Positions 1 to 8,612 are shown, numbered from the stretch's first letter. The stretch is 64,000 nt of DNA from an uncultured Solirubrobacterales bacterium (GCA_963764795.1 CAVXTV010000002.1:143392-207391), one strand, 5' to 3'. The notes: a model not told the origin generated them from the letters alone. Translations and numbers: made by a program.

Positions 1-1
1 G

Positions 2-274
2 AGGGCACTTCTTGCAGTGCTCCCCCCCGGCCAGCTGGTCGCTTTTAACCGTCGCGCTGTCATCGAGCGAGCCGAGGCCGACCACGATGTCGTCATGCGC
101 ATCGTTGACTCGGTGCGTGATGTACTTCACGAGGCTTTGATGGTTGGCGACCGCGACCCACACGACTCTTGTTCCGTGCTCCCACGCGAGTTCGCAGAGG
201 CGCTGAGGGAAATCAGGGCAACGGACTCTGCGATCGACACATGGGCCGCGATGACGGGTCGCTGGCAGACTTAG
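2..274 (+). CDS. hypothetical protein, C-terminal part (frame open to left window edge)
   Basis: Track ORF 17..274. The same frame has no stop back to nt 2, and first codon positions are G-rich. No recognisable motif. The codon-aligned antisense frame is also open, so the strand call is weak. Confidence 0.3.
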   Translation, partial: RALLAVLPPGQLVAFNRRAVIERAEADHDVVMRIVDSVRDVLHEALMVGDRDPHDSCSVLPREFAEALREIRATDSAIDTWAAMTGRWQT

Positions 275-282
275 ATCACAAC

Positions 283-1218
283 CTACTTTTTAGACCGCTT
301 GACCTTTGGAGCCGGCGGTGTCCTCAGGAGCGTGACAATTGCTGCCCGTTCCTGGACATTGAAATCGGCTATCTCGGTCCACTCGGGCTCGAAGTTCGCG
401 AGTTCACTCACATCTAGGTTCTCGCACATTCGAGGGCGATCTAGGACCACTGCTGCCCGCCAATTCATCGTGTCCCAACTTGGCGAGTCGACCTCAACGG
501 CAAACGGGAATGCGAGTCCAATCTGGGGACCCTCACCGATGCGCAGTAGGTGCTTCCACTGAGACAGGGCGATGTCACTCGCCTTTCGCTCAAAGTTAAA
601 TCCGAGCGTGTTCTGAAAGAGGGTAACGGAAAAGGCTACGCCGCCGGAGGCAAATGGCTTCCATGCGACGATGTCCACTCCAGCATCCTTATCCTTGGGC
701 TTCAAGGTTTCAAGATTGCCCAAGGGTATCTTGGTGATCTCACTTATCCAGGGAAACGCGTCGATGAGCCGCTTTGGTCGGCCGTCTCGGGTGGGCCACC
801 CGAACCTGAGTGCATCCGTCCCAGTCCCGCCGTACTCCTTAGCGGCCTCTCGGACAAGTAGATCGAACAAGGGGTCGACGTCATTGAAGCGACTTTCTGA
901 TCGATAAGGTGCGATGCGCAGGGATATCAACGTGAGGAATTCGTAGACCCGACGATCAACGGCGCTGTTGAAGGTAATGACTTCGTTTTCTGAGATCGAA
1001 AATGGATAGCACTTGGGAGATGCCCCGGCGCGGTCTTTGAGCTCGTCGTAAAGAACCTCAACCTCGCTTGCATCTGGCTGGAAGTTGGTCGGAAAGCGTC
1101 GTTCGATTGATGCTCTTGAGAGTTCCTCGCGTTCCTCGAGGAACATCGTTTTCTCGACCCAATCGGCTAGCGCCCAGCGACCGACATCGGCCGGGAAATC
1201 CAGAATCTGACTAGCCAA
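283..1218 (-). CDS. hypothetical protein, partner of the ParB-like gene (nuclease-like core only suspected)
   Basis: Track ORF 283..1287. The likely start is the in-frame TTG at 1218, which overlaps the upstream stop (1211-1213) by 8 nt; an alternative ATG lies at 1146. Low-GC codon usage. The central segment KDAGVDIVAWKPF...VTLFQNT is reminiscent of a PD-(D/E)xK core but not diagnostic. Confidence 0.55.
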   Translation of the reverse strand: MASQILDFPADVGRWALADWVEKTMFLEEREELSRASIERRFPTNFQPDASEVEVLYDELKDRAGASPKCYPFSISENEVITFNSAVDRRVYEFLTLISLRIAPYRSESRFNDVDPLFDLLVREAAKEYGGTGTDALRFGWPTRDGRPKRLIDAFPWISEITKIPLGNLETLKPKDKDAGVDIVAWKPFASGGVAFSVTLFQNTLGFNFERKASDIALSQWKHLLRIGEGPQIGLAFPFAVEVDSPSWDTMNWRAAVVLDRPRMCENLDVSELANFEPEWTEIADFNVQERAAIVTLLRTPPAPKVKRSKK

Positions 1219-2320
1219 GATCTGAGGACTCGTAGTGCTCGAGGCACGCTTCAAGAGATTTGCGGGCCTCAGCGAGAGGCGCACCATCGCCGTTCATCTC
1301 TTTCTGGACGCGCTTAATAGAAGCTATCGATGAGCGGATGCTGCGCACGAGTGCGGAAATGGGGTCCACAGTCGATTGGCGGGCCGCCTCCAGATCGTTT
1401 GTGTCCTCGAGGATGGATAGGGCTTCTCGATCTTCGAGCACCCGACCCAAAGAGGTGATCTGCCGGGAATCCTGCACGACTTGCTCACCGTCCGCCCTTC
1501 CGTTTCTGGGAGGACCGAAGAGCCAAGTCGTCAATCGTGAGAGCTCCTCTTCCCGATCGTCAGGAAGTGGGAAGTAATTTTGATCGACGCCGCGAGGGGG
1601 AGGAGCGCCTATGTAGTCGCGAATCCCGGGATTTTGCATGGCCCTCGTGAAGACGCCGAAGTTGTCGGTGATACGGGCTGAGTCGCAAAGTCCCAGCTTC
1701 TCCTCGCCCTGCCGGCGAATCCAGTAGTTCCGGTAAAACGACCGCACCTCGGGCTCCCCGCGTGACAGCAAGGCGGCAACTTCCGCGAATGAGAGACCTT
1801 GGTCATCGACAAGGTCTGCGATGTACTTCGCTTGCGGAAGAGGAGCCCACGGTGCCGGCCGCGTTATGTGTCGAAAGCCCAAAATGGGTGCAGCCTGAGA
1901 GCGACTCTCAACAACAAGTACCGGGACATCGACCGGAACGTCGGCGTCCGCTGGAATCTCACGCCAACCTTTGGTAGGCAAGGTTGCGCGGATCTTCGGG
2001 TTGGCGAGGCCCTTTAGCGCGGCGAGTCGTCGATTTCCCTCCACCACGATGTAACGCCTTGGATTCCTTGGTTTTCCAGATTTGCCAAGGCTCGGTATTG
2101 CTACGAGCGGCTCGGCCTCGAAGTATCCGTGCCGAAGAATGGATTCGGCAATAGAGAAGACGTCGTAGACGCGGTCGAGGTATGGGAACAGCTCCGCGGG
2201 CTTGAGATCTTTGCGTTGCACCTCGGCGGGCAGTCTTGGATTCAGGGGATCTGGATCGAGTTCATCCAAGCGCAGCCTGGTGAGTTCTCCCCCAACTTTC
2301 ATGTCCGCCGTCTGAGCCAT
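1211..2320 (-). CDS. ParB N-terminal domain (ParB/Srx-fold) protein with HTH-like middle region
   Basis: 369-aa ORF with ATG start. Carries LDELDPDPLNPR...YIVVEGNRRLAALKG, which matches the ParB-box GxRR signature. No adjacent parA-type ATPase. Confidence 0.75.
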   Translation of the reverse strand: MAQTADMKVGGELTRLRLDELDPDPLNPRLPAEVQRKDLKPAELFPYLDRVYDVFSIAESILRHGYFEAEPLVAIPSLGKSGKPRNPRRYIVVEGNRRLAALKGLANPKIRATLPTKGWREIPADADVPVDVPVLVVESRSQAAPILGFRHITRPAPWAPLPQAKYIADLVDDQGLSFAEVAALLSRGEPEVRSFYRNYWIRRQGEEKLGLCDSARITDNFGVFTRAMQNPGIRDYIGAPPPRGVDQNYFPLPDDREEELSRLTTWLFGPPRNGRADGEQVVQDSRQITSLGRVLEDREALSILEDTNDLEAARQSTVDPISALVRSIRSSIASIKRVQKEMNGDGAPLAEARKSLEACLEHYESSDLG

Positions 2321-2669
2321 TTACGACATCCTAAGCATTGGAAACGAGCCGATCGAATATCGCTGGGCGCAGGTAGCGGCTCGCTCGGGAGAAGGTGCTG
2401 CGGTGGCACTCTGGTGTTCTGAGGATCTCCTGGTTCCTCAGAACGCGGCATTCGCTTTTGCGCGCCGAGCCACTTCGAAGATTGGCAGCCCGCGGGCGCT
2501 CGATGAGTCTGAGTCTCGGGGGCGACGTCCAGTGCCGCCGCTTCCCCTTCACGGCGAAGATCGTGCCCGCAGGAGTTCGGGTACTCGTGGGGCAACAAAT
2601 GGGGCAACACGCCCCACAGACCTCAGCCGATTCCAGCGGCCCTCGATCCCCTGAAAACCGCTGAAATCT

Positions 2670-2746
2670 GCCCCCACGTACCCCAGCCGATCGACGGGCT
2701 CGGGCTACGAAACCGAAGGTCACAGGTCCGAATCCTGTCTGGCGCG
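2670..2746 (+). pseudogene. tRNA-Arg(ACG)-like relic (no pairing acceptor stem)
   Basis: Anticodon arm TCGGG-CTACGAA-ACCGA at 2700-2716. Variable region AGGTC. T arm ACAGG-TCCGAAT-CCTGT at 2722-2738. 3' acceptor CTGGCGC plus G ends at 2746. The upstream 5' strand pairs at only 3-4 of 7 positions and the D loop lacks GG. Confidence 0.5.
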
Positions 2747-2852
2747 TTCCTTGGTGTTCCTCGGGAGGCTGCGCACTCCCGGTGCGCGCCGTTGTTTGGC
2801 CGCGTGGCTTTGTACTGCGCGCCAGCAGCTATCGCTATGTTCGAGCGGGCAG

Positions 2853-3263
2853 ATGGCCGACGATCCGACAATCCGCAAACGACTCGCGGCTGCCGTTTCC
2901 TACGCAACGATTTCCGGTGTCTGGATCTACGGGTCCCATAAGGAAGTAGGCGCCTTCCATACCGATGCTGCAGCCGTTTGCGTACTCGTACTTGGTGTCG
3001 CCGTTGGCGCCTACGTCCGCAGCTGGTGGATGCTTCTGTCGCTCGTGGGGCCGCTGATTACGCTTGGTTATCTCGAAGTCAGCGGCTTTGTTGGAACCAG
3101 TGACGATTGGGCGTCGGAGCCGCTGCTTTCACCGCCCGGAGTCTTCGTCTTCTTCATCTTCACGACGATCCTGATGATCGGCTATGCACTAGGGCAAGGA
3201 GCCGAATGGGTCGCGGAGGTTTGGAGGCGCAGGGATCGCGACGAGGAGTCGAAGCGCTGGTAG
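2853..3263 (+). CDS. hypothetical membrane protein
   Basis: Internal ATG of track ORF 2751..3263. Three to four hydrophobic helices (VCVLVLGVAVGAYV, MLLSLVGPLITLGYL, VFVFFIFTTILMIGYAL). Confidence 0.45.
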   Translation: MADDPTIRKRLAAAVSYATISGVWIYGSHKEVGAFHTDAAAVCVLVLGVAVGAYVRSWWMLLSLVGPLITLGYLEVSGFVGTSDDWASEPLLSPPGVFVFFIFTTILMIGYALGQGAEWVAEVWRRRDRDEESKRW

Positions 3264-3293
3264 CAGCCATTTGCGCTGCCTTCGGTGCTGCGT

Positions 3294-3611
3294 TTACGGT
3301 GGGCACGCCGTCCCCAGCGTGCGTCGGCAAAGTCGCTCTTCGAGTTCACCGACGAAGTGCGGGTGGGCCTGCGGGTCCGATCCCTGTTCGACGGTGCTGA
3401 GGCCCCATTCGCCCCCGCTGTAAGGGAACCAGGAGCCTGAGTACCGCCTGCCCAGGTAACTCTCGGCGGCTGACTTGTCGCTTGGGTCGAGTTCGACGAT
3501 GAACTTCGTGAGGCGTTGGTCTTCGATGCCCTTGCCGTAGATCATGGTTTCGGATCCTGGGCCGTGGACGAGCCAGTGGTTCCCTGGTAGGGCGCGCATC
3601 GTTTCGACCAC
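3294..3611 (-). CDS. hypothetical protein
   Basis: 105-aa ORF with non-repetitive, balanced composition, unlike the Arg/Pro-rich shadow ORFs around it. No motif recognised. Confidence 0.3.
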   Translation of the reverse strand: MVETMRALPGNHWLVHGPGSETMIYGKGIEDQRLTKFIVELDPSDKSAAESYLGRRYSGSWFPYSGGEWGLSTVEQGSDPQAHPHFVGELEERLCRRTLGTACPP

Positions 3612-3963
3612 GTCGGCATCCAGTCAAGTTTCTCTGAGAACTTGCCCCGGCACCTGCCAGGTCCTCGCCCGCCTGCGCTTCAAGGCCCACCGCTCGGCGA
3701 GGTCTCCTGGCAGGGCACTCGGCTCAGTGCGCCGGCAGCGCCTCGTCACCGGCTCCCAGAGGCTCGTTTTCAGACTGCCATCGAGGCTGCGACGCGCTCT
3801 GCGCGCGGCCGTCTCAAAGGGCGAGAGGGCGACGGCCAGCGTTGTCCTCGCCCTGCGCAGCCGCGACGCGGATTCGGCAACGGCTCGCGATGCGGTGCGG
3901 CTTCGCCATCTCCACCCCGGTGCCCGGCATGGGCGGCGGTAACCCAACGAATCGGAGGGAACC

Positions 3964-4555
3964 ATGCACGCCGTCACTCAGTCGAAATTTGCCACCCGCA
4001 TTTGGGGAGCGCCGCTCTCTGTGGCGATCCTGCTGCTTGCTCTCCTCGGCGCTTACGGCTCGGCAAGCGCGACGCCGCGGGCGAGCTCCCCAGCGGTGCA
4101 CACGGTCCAGGCCTCGGCAAGCACCGCGGCTCCCTGCGCCTGATCTCCGCTGGGAAGAGATGCAAGCGGGGAGAGCGCCTCATCGTCTGCCCCGGGTGTC
4201 GCCGACCTGTCCCTCGAAGAACTGGTCGAGACGCAGGGCGAACAAATTGAAGGGCTGACCGAAAGCCTCGAATCGCCCACCTCGCTGCTCCAGGGAGTGA
4301 CTCACGAACAGCTGAGCGCAGCCGTTGAAGCCGGCACCAAGCTCGCCGGCATAACGGCGAGTGAACTGAACAACGCGATCGCGACCATCCCGAAAGTGAC
4401 TACGCTCTGCACCCGCACCACGGCGCTGACGAACACAAGCCAACTCGCTGCTCTCGGGTCTCGGCGGAATCGGCCTCGGCGGCCTGCTGCCAGTGGGCCT
4501 GGAACTAAAAGTTCCCTCGTTGCCGGCGCCGCTGGCGGCGTTTGCCTGTCCGTAG
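3964..4555 (+). CDS. secreted hypothetical protein, reading frame interrupted
   Basis: Strong RBS GGAGGGA lies 5 nt before ATG 3964. Signal peptide MHAVTQSKFATRIWGAPLSVAILLLALLGAYGSASA. The frame stops at 4143. Plausible continuation ADLSLEELVETQGEQIEGL...ELNNAIATIPK in the frame of track ORF 4297..4647. A Gly/Leu-rich tail ends at TAG 4553-4555 in a third frame. Confidence 0.4.
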
Positions 4556-4576
4556 GCGATTACGCCTTGAGAAGCC

Positions 4577-4612
4577 GAACGCCCCGGCGGATGTCGGGGC
4601 GTTCCTTTTCTT
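4577..4612 (+). terminator. intrinsic terminator
   Basis: Perfect 10-bp stem GAACGCCCCG/CGGGGCGTTC with an 8-nt loop, followed by CTTTTCTT. Confidence 0.7.
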
Positions 4613-4637
4613 GCGCTGCCCGGTTAGGCTGGTCCCA

Positions 4638-4904
4638 ATGGCGGTAAAGCTCCATCGCTGTTCGGCCGAGTTCGTGAAGATCGAAGCCCACCCCTGCTGG
4701 AAAGTGCAGAAGGCACTCGATGAGCAGGGAGTCGAGTACGAGATCGTCAAGGGCCCGCTGCGGCCCGGCAAGCGCAATGAGCTCGAGCAGCTATCGGGTC
4801 AGCGCAAGTACCCGGCAATCGAGTTCGAGGATGGCCGCGTCTACCGCGAGGAATCGAAGGACATGGCGGCGCGGATCCGCGCCGGCAAGCTCTTCGACGC
4901 TTAG
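4638..4904 (+). CDS. glutaredoxin/thioredoxin-fold family protein
   Basis: Internal ATG of track ORF 4542..4904. About 88 aa: HPCWKVQKALDEQGVEYEIV...KYPAIEFEDGRVY resembles a glutaredoxin-like / GST N-terminal fold. Confidence 0.55.
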   Translation: MAVKLHRCSAEFVKIEAHPCWKVQKALDEQGVEYEIVKGPLRPGKRNELEQLSGQRKYPAIEFEDGRVYREESKDMAARIRAGKLFDA

Positions 4905-4907
4905 TCA

Positions 4908-5549
4908 GTGTCCCGGCTCAAGTTCCAGATCTCGGTATCGCTCGATGGCTTCGTCGCCGGCCCGAACCAGAGCGAGGAACACCCGCTTGGCGAAGGCGGC
5001 ATGGAGCTGCACGAGTGGGTGCTCAAGCTAGCCGCCTGGCGCAAGCCGCACGGCCGGGAGGGGGGAGAGGTCAACGCCAGCACTCCCATCTTCGAGGAGG
5101 CGACAGCCAACGTCGGCGCGACGATCATGGGGCGCGGCATGTTCGGTGGCGGTCCCGGCCCTTGGGGCGATCAGCCGTGGCAAGGCTGGTGGGGAGACGA
5201 GCCGCCTTTTCACCACCCGGTGTTCGTCTTGACCAATCACGAGCGCGAGCCGCTTGCGCTCGAGGGCACCACCTTTACCTTCGTCACCGATGGCATCGAG
5301 TCTGCGCTGGCCCAGGCCACAGAGGCAGCGGGTGGCGGGGACGTCGCGATCGGCGGCGGCGCCGAGGCGATCCAGCAGTACCTGGCGGCGGGCCTGGTCG
5401 ACGAGATGCTGCTCAACGTCGTTCCGGTCCTGCTCGGGGACGGCGCCCGTCTACTCGAGAATCTCGGTGCCGATCTCGACCTCGAGCAGGTTGAAGCAGT
5501 CGACGCGCCCGGTGTGGCGCACCTCAAGTACCGCCCGCGCCGCTCCTAG
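4908..5549 (+). CDS. dihydrofolate reductase family protein (RibD C-terminal domain type)
   Basis: 213 aa: KFQISVSLDGFVAGP...VFVLTNHEREP...IGGGAEAIQQYLAAGLVDEMLLNVVPVLLGDG. Confidence 0.8.
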   Translation: MSRLKFQISVSLDGFVAGPNQSEEHPLGEGGMELHEWVLKLAAWRKPHGREGGEVNASTPIFEEATANVGATIMGRGMFGGGPGPWGDQPWQGWWGDEPPFHHPVFVLTNHEREPLALEGTTFTFVTDGIESALAQATEAAGGGDVAIGGGAEAIQQYLAAGLVDEMLLNVVPVLLGDGARLLENLGADLDLEQVEAVDAPGVAHLKYRPRRS

Positions 5550-6146
5550 ACCTCGATCCAGGTGCCCTTCGGGCCGAGGTTGCGGACCGGCGTGTCGCCG
5601 ATCTGGCTCTCGCAGCCCCAGGACTCGTGGATGTGGCCGCAGACGGCCAGGCGCGGCGCCTTCTCCTCGATCGCTCGCAGCAGGGCGGGGCTGCCGAAGT
5701 GCATGTCGCCGCCGTTGCTGTCGCAGTGACCGCGCGGCGGCGAGTGGAGGACGAGGACGGCGTCGCTCGGGGCAGCGCGCGAGCATCGTCGCTCGCCGTC
5801 TCGTCGTCGAGGTCGAAGCTCCACTCCCACGGGGTGACCGGGATGCCGGCACCGAGACCGTAGAACTCGGTCCCGTCGATCGTCGTGCCGCTGCCGTGCA
5901 GGACCGTGGCCGCGCTCCAGCTCGCTGCGGCCTCGCGCAGCGCCTTGCTCGGTCTCGTTGTTGCCCGGGACCAGCACGGTCGGGGTCTCGATCGCAGCCA
6001 GCGCGTCGATCGTCTCGCCCAGGCCCTCGTGGACCGAGGCGAAGTCGCCGGCCCCGATCACGACGTCGGCCTTGGCCGACATCGTCGACCAGCTCGGCGG
6101 CCTGATCGAGGTCGCGGTGCAGGTCGCTGAAGGCGAGTAGTTTCAC
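5546..6146 (-). CDS. metallophosphoesterase, needs frame changes
   Basis: N-terminus VKLLAFSDLHRDLDQAAELVD in the frame of ORF 5451..6146. Then ADVVIGAGDFAS...VLVPGNNE and LVLHSPP...VCGHIHESWG in ORF 5546..6082, with an off-frame stretch between. Stop overlaps the convergent stop as CTAG. Confidence 0.65.
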
Positions 6147-6271
6147 CGGCCGAAATCTAGCTGGCGTCGCTCGGGGCCGCCGGCGTGTGTAACATCGCTT
6201 GCAGACGAAAAGTTTCGAACCTGTGACATTCAGCGCGCAACGGTTGCGGCCGACCGAGGCACACTGGAGGC

Positions 6272-6595
6272 ATGGAGGCGATGCGAGTGAATTGGACAGA
6301 CGACCGGCTGGGCGAGCGCTTCGACCGCATCGACGAACGTTTCGATCATGTCGAGAAACGCTTCGACCATGTTGACGAACGTTTCAAACAGGCTGAGGAG
6401 CAGGTGAACGAGCGTTTCAAGCTGGTCGATCATCGCTTTGATCGCGTCGAAACGGACCTTCGCGAGCTGCGCGTTGAAATGAAGGGCGGATTCGACAAGA
6501 TCGATGCTCGTTTCGACGCCATGCAGCGGACTCTCTTTTTGGCCGCGGCGGGCATTGTCGCCGCCCTGATCGGGGTGATCGCAACCCAGCTCTGA
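6272..6595 (+). CDS. tail-anchored coiled-coil protein with xRFDxVD heptad repeats
   Basis: 107 aa with eight or more consecutive heptads (ERFDRID, ERFDHVE, KRFDHVD, ERFKQAE, ...ARFDAMQ). Followed by one C-terminal TM helix LFLAAAGIVAALIGVIATQL. Confidence 0.65.
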   Translation: MEAMRVNWTDDRLGERFDRIDERFDHVEKRFDHVDERFKQAEEQVNERFKLVDHRFDRVETDLRELRVEMKGGFDKIDARFDAMQRTLFLAAAGIVAALIGVIATQL

Positions 6596-6599
6596 CGGC

Positions 6600-7499
6600 T
6601 CAGGCCTCGGCTGTCGCTGCTTTCCGCGGCAAACGCTCACGCCAGGGCCTCGCTGGCTCCTCCTCGGCTCGGACCCCGAGATCGAAGTAGAGCAGCGTGC
6701 GGCCGAGCGCCACGTAGGGGACGAGCAGGGCGAAGACGACCGAGCCGATCACGTTGATCCAGAGCAGTGAGAAGTTGGTGAAGATCAGGGTGAAGCCGAG
6801 TACCGGGCCGGCGGCGATGCTGAGCAGCCAGAAGAAGCCGAGGACGCGGACGGTGTGCCACCAGCGGCCGCGCACCCGGTCGGAGCTGGCGCGGAAGGCG
6901 TCACGGATGCCCTTGTCCCCGATCAAGATCTCCTGCTGGACGAACTGCCAGCAGACAAACTTGTAGATCGCGACGGGGATGCCGATCACGGTGATGACGA
7001 GAGCGAAGGCGCCCACGTACGGCAGCAGCGACCCCGCAGCGACGCGCCAGAAGCGACGCAGCATTCCGCGCCAGGAGTCGAGGAAGCCCATGCCGCCGGT
7101 CTCGACCAGCAGGCGTACGGCGACGATCACCACAGCGGCGACGAGCGCCCCGGCGATCGGCTGTCCGAGCGATTCGATTGTGTCGGCGAGGGCGAGGTGG
7201 GCGCCGGCACGACCGGTGGCGTTATCGACGCCGCGCTGGCCTGCGATCAGGGCGGCAAGGCCGCGCACGGCGCCGACGAGCACCAGCGCGCTCAGCCCGA
7301 TCGGCACCATCGTCCGCCAGTGGCGGCCGTAGAGCTGCCGCGCCGCGCGCACGATCTGGCCGAAGGCGCGGCGCCGGCGCAGCTCGGTCAGGTCGACCGG
7401 GCCCCACCTGGTCACGCCGACGAAGAGGATCAGCAGCAGCGCCGGGATCGCGATCATTGCGATCGCCGCCGGCCGGGAGCGCGACTCGAGGTTGATCAC
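6600..7499 (-). CDS. polytopic membrane protein, function unknown
   Basis: 299 aa with about 6 TM helices. Its GTG start overlaps a stop in the upstream gene frame (GTGA). Confidence 0.6.
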   Translation of the reverse strand: MINLESRSRPAAIAMIAIPALLLILFVGVTRWGPVDLTELRRRRAFGQIVRAARQLYGRHWRTMVPIGLSALVLVGAVRGLAALIAGQRGVDNATGRAGAHLALADTIESLGQPIAGALVAAVVIVAVRLLVETGGMGFLDSWRGMLRRFWRVAAGSLLPYVGAFALVITVIGIPVAIYKFVCWQFVQQEILIGDKGIRDAFRASSDRVRGRWWHTVRVLGFFWLLSIAAGPVLGFTLIFTNFSLLWINVIGSVVFALLVPYVALGRTLLYFDLGVRAEEEPARPWRERLPRKAATAEA

Positions 7500-8530
7500 G
7501 TCGGAGACCGTGGCGACGGCGCCGCAGAAGGCGCCGCTGACGGCGGGCCCGGCGAACGAGCCGCCCGGCAGCTCGCGGGCTGGTCGAGCGCTGCTTTTCC
7601 ATCCAGGCGAACGGTTCGAGCCATGCTGTCTTCGTCAGCGGGCCGGTCGGCCCGTTGTTGAAGCCCTTCTCCTTCTCGCCCCAGTGGCCGAAGTAGGTGA
7701 GCCACTTGAACCGGCCAGTAGTGGTCGGAAAGGTCGGGATCGCAACCGGGTGGACTCGCAGTTCGCGCAGCGGTTCGCTGGTGTTGTCGCAGCCGACGCC
7801 GGAGCCGTTCTGACCCGTTCTGGACGTAGACGGTCGAGTCGTAGAAGGTCGCGTGCGAGCCAGCGGCCGGGTAGACGACCGGGTGCGTTCCTTCCTTCTC
7901 GCACCTTCGAGTCTTCCCAGTCGGCCCGCTCGCCGCCGGCGTGCTGGAAGAGGATCATTTCGCTCGGGTCTTCGGCCAGCGCCTGCCGTGCGTTGCCCGC
8001 TTCGAAGGCGATCTGCATCCCCTCCCAGTCGCCCTCGTGCAGGTCGTTGAACTGGTTGAAGTACCAGAAGAACCAGTACTGGACGACGAAGCCCGGGTGG
8101 CCCGACCTGACGGGCGATGTGGGCGTAGGTGATCGGCGGCGCTTTGCCTTCCGTCTTCAGCTTTGCGAAGTCGCGCGCGTAGACGCAGGTGTCGCCAAGC
8201 GGATCGCCGTGCAGGTCGAGGTGGAAGGGGTCGCCGAGCCCGGCGATGTCGGCGGCGGTCGGCGCCCGCTTGATCGCCTCTTCCTTGCCGCCTTCTTCGA
8301 CCCGCTTGAGCGTCGACCGACGGGTTGCCGAGCACGGTCGAGACGCTGGTCGGCTCGTACTGCTCGGCCGAGGTTTCACAGGGCGGGTCCTGCTCTTCGC
8401 GCAGCATCGTGATCGGTGTGTAAGCGTCGATCAGCCGCTGGGCCGCGGTGGACGCGATGGCTGTCGGTGGTTGACCGAGCAGTGCGACCGCGACGAGCAG
8501 AGGGACGAGACGAAGAACCCGGGCAGTCAC
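7498..8530 (-). CDS. secreted Vps62-like protein (YWFFWYFNQFNDLHEGDWEG motif), several frame changes
   Basis: Signal peptide from GTG 8530 (VTARVLRLVPLLVAVALLGQPPTAIA). Pieces lie in track ORFs 7955..8566, 7222..8379 and 7635..8018, plus an unlisted frame. The 3' end is uncertain. Confidence 0.5.
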
Positions 8531-8558
8531 GCCCGGCAACGTAAGGCAGAACCAGGTG

Positions 8559-8605
8559 AGGTGCAACGCATTACAGCTCGCTCAGAGCCGTAAAACGTTT
8601 CACCG
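8559..8605 (+). repeat. 47-nt hairpin element, family B copy a
   Basis: AGGTGCAACG-N27-CGTTTCAC. Same architecture and spacing as the copies at 29776 and 56198. Confidence 0.55.
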
Positions 8606-8612
8606 CTGGTCG

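Noticed and set aside
2331-2723. 130-aa minus-strand ORF and overlapping plus-strand ORFs between the ParB-like gene and the tRNA relic
   Set aside because: Arg/Cys/Pro-rich, no motifs, and they overlap the tRNA-like sequence. More likely this is a non-coding island-boundary region.
5254-6105. Long ORFs with Arg/Pro/Ala/Gly-rich translations. Examples: 5254..6105, 7222..8379 in part, 18234..19913, 21291..23369 in part, 33708..35711, 38405..39502, 39255..40970 N-terminal part, 50642..52690, 51463..53091, 63001..63945.
   Set aside because: These are typical shadow or off-frame ORFs of ~70 % G+C DNA. They overlap genes with clear family motifs in another frame or strand, and they have no motifs of their own.
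6230-6640. 136-aa antisense ORF across the heptad-repeat gene
   Set aside because: It mirrors the periodic repeat. It lacks the TM tail and a plausible start context. The plus-strand frame gives a coherent coiled-coil plus anchor.
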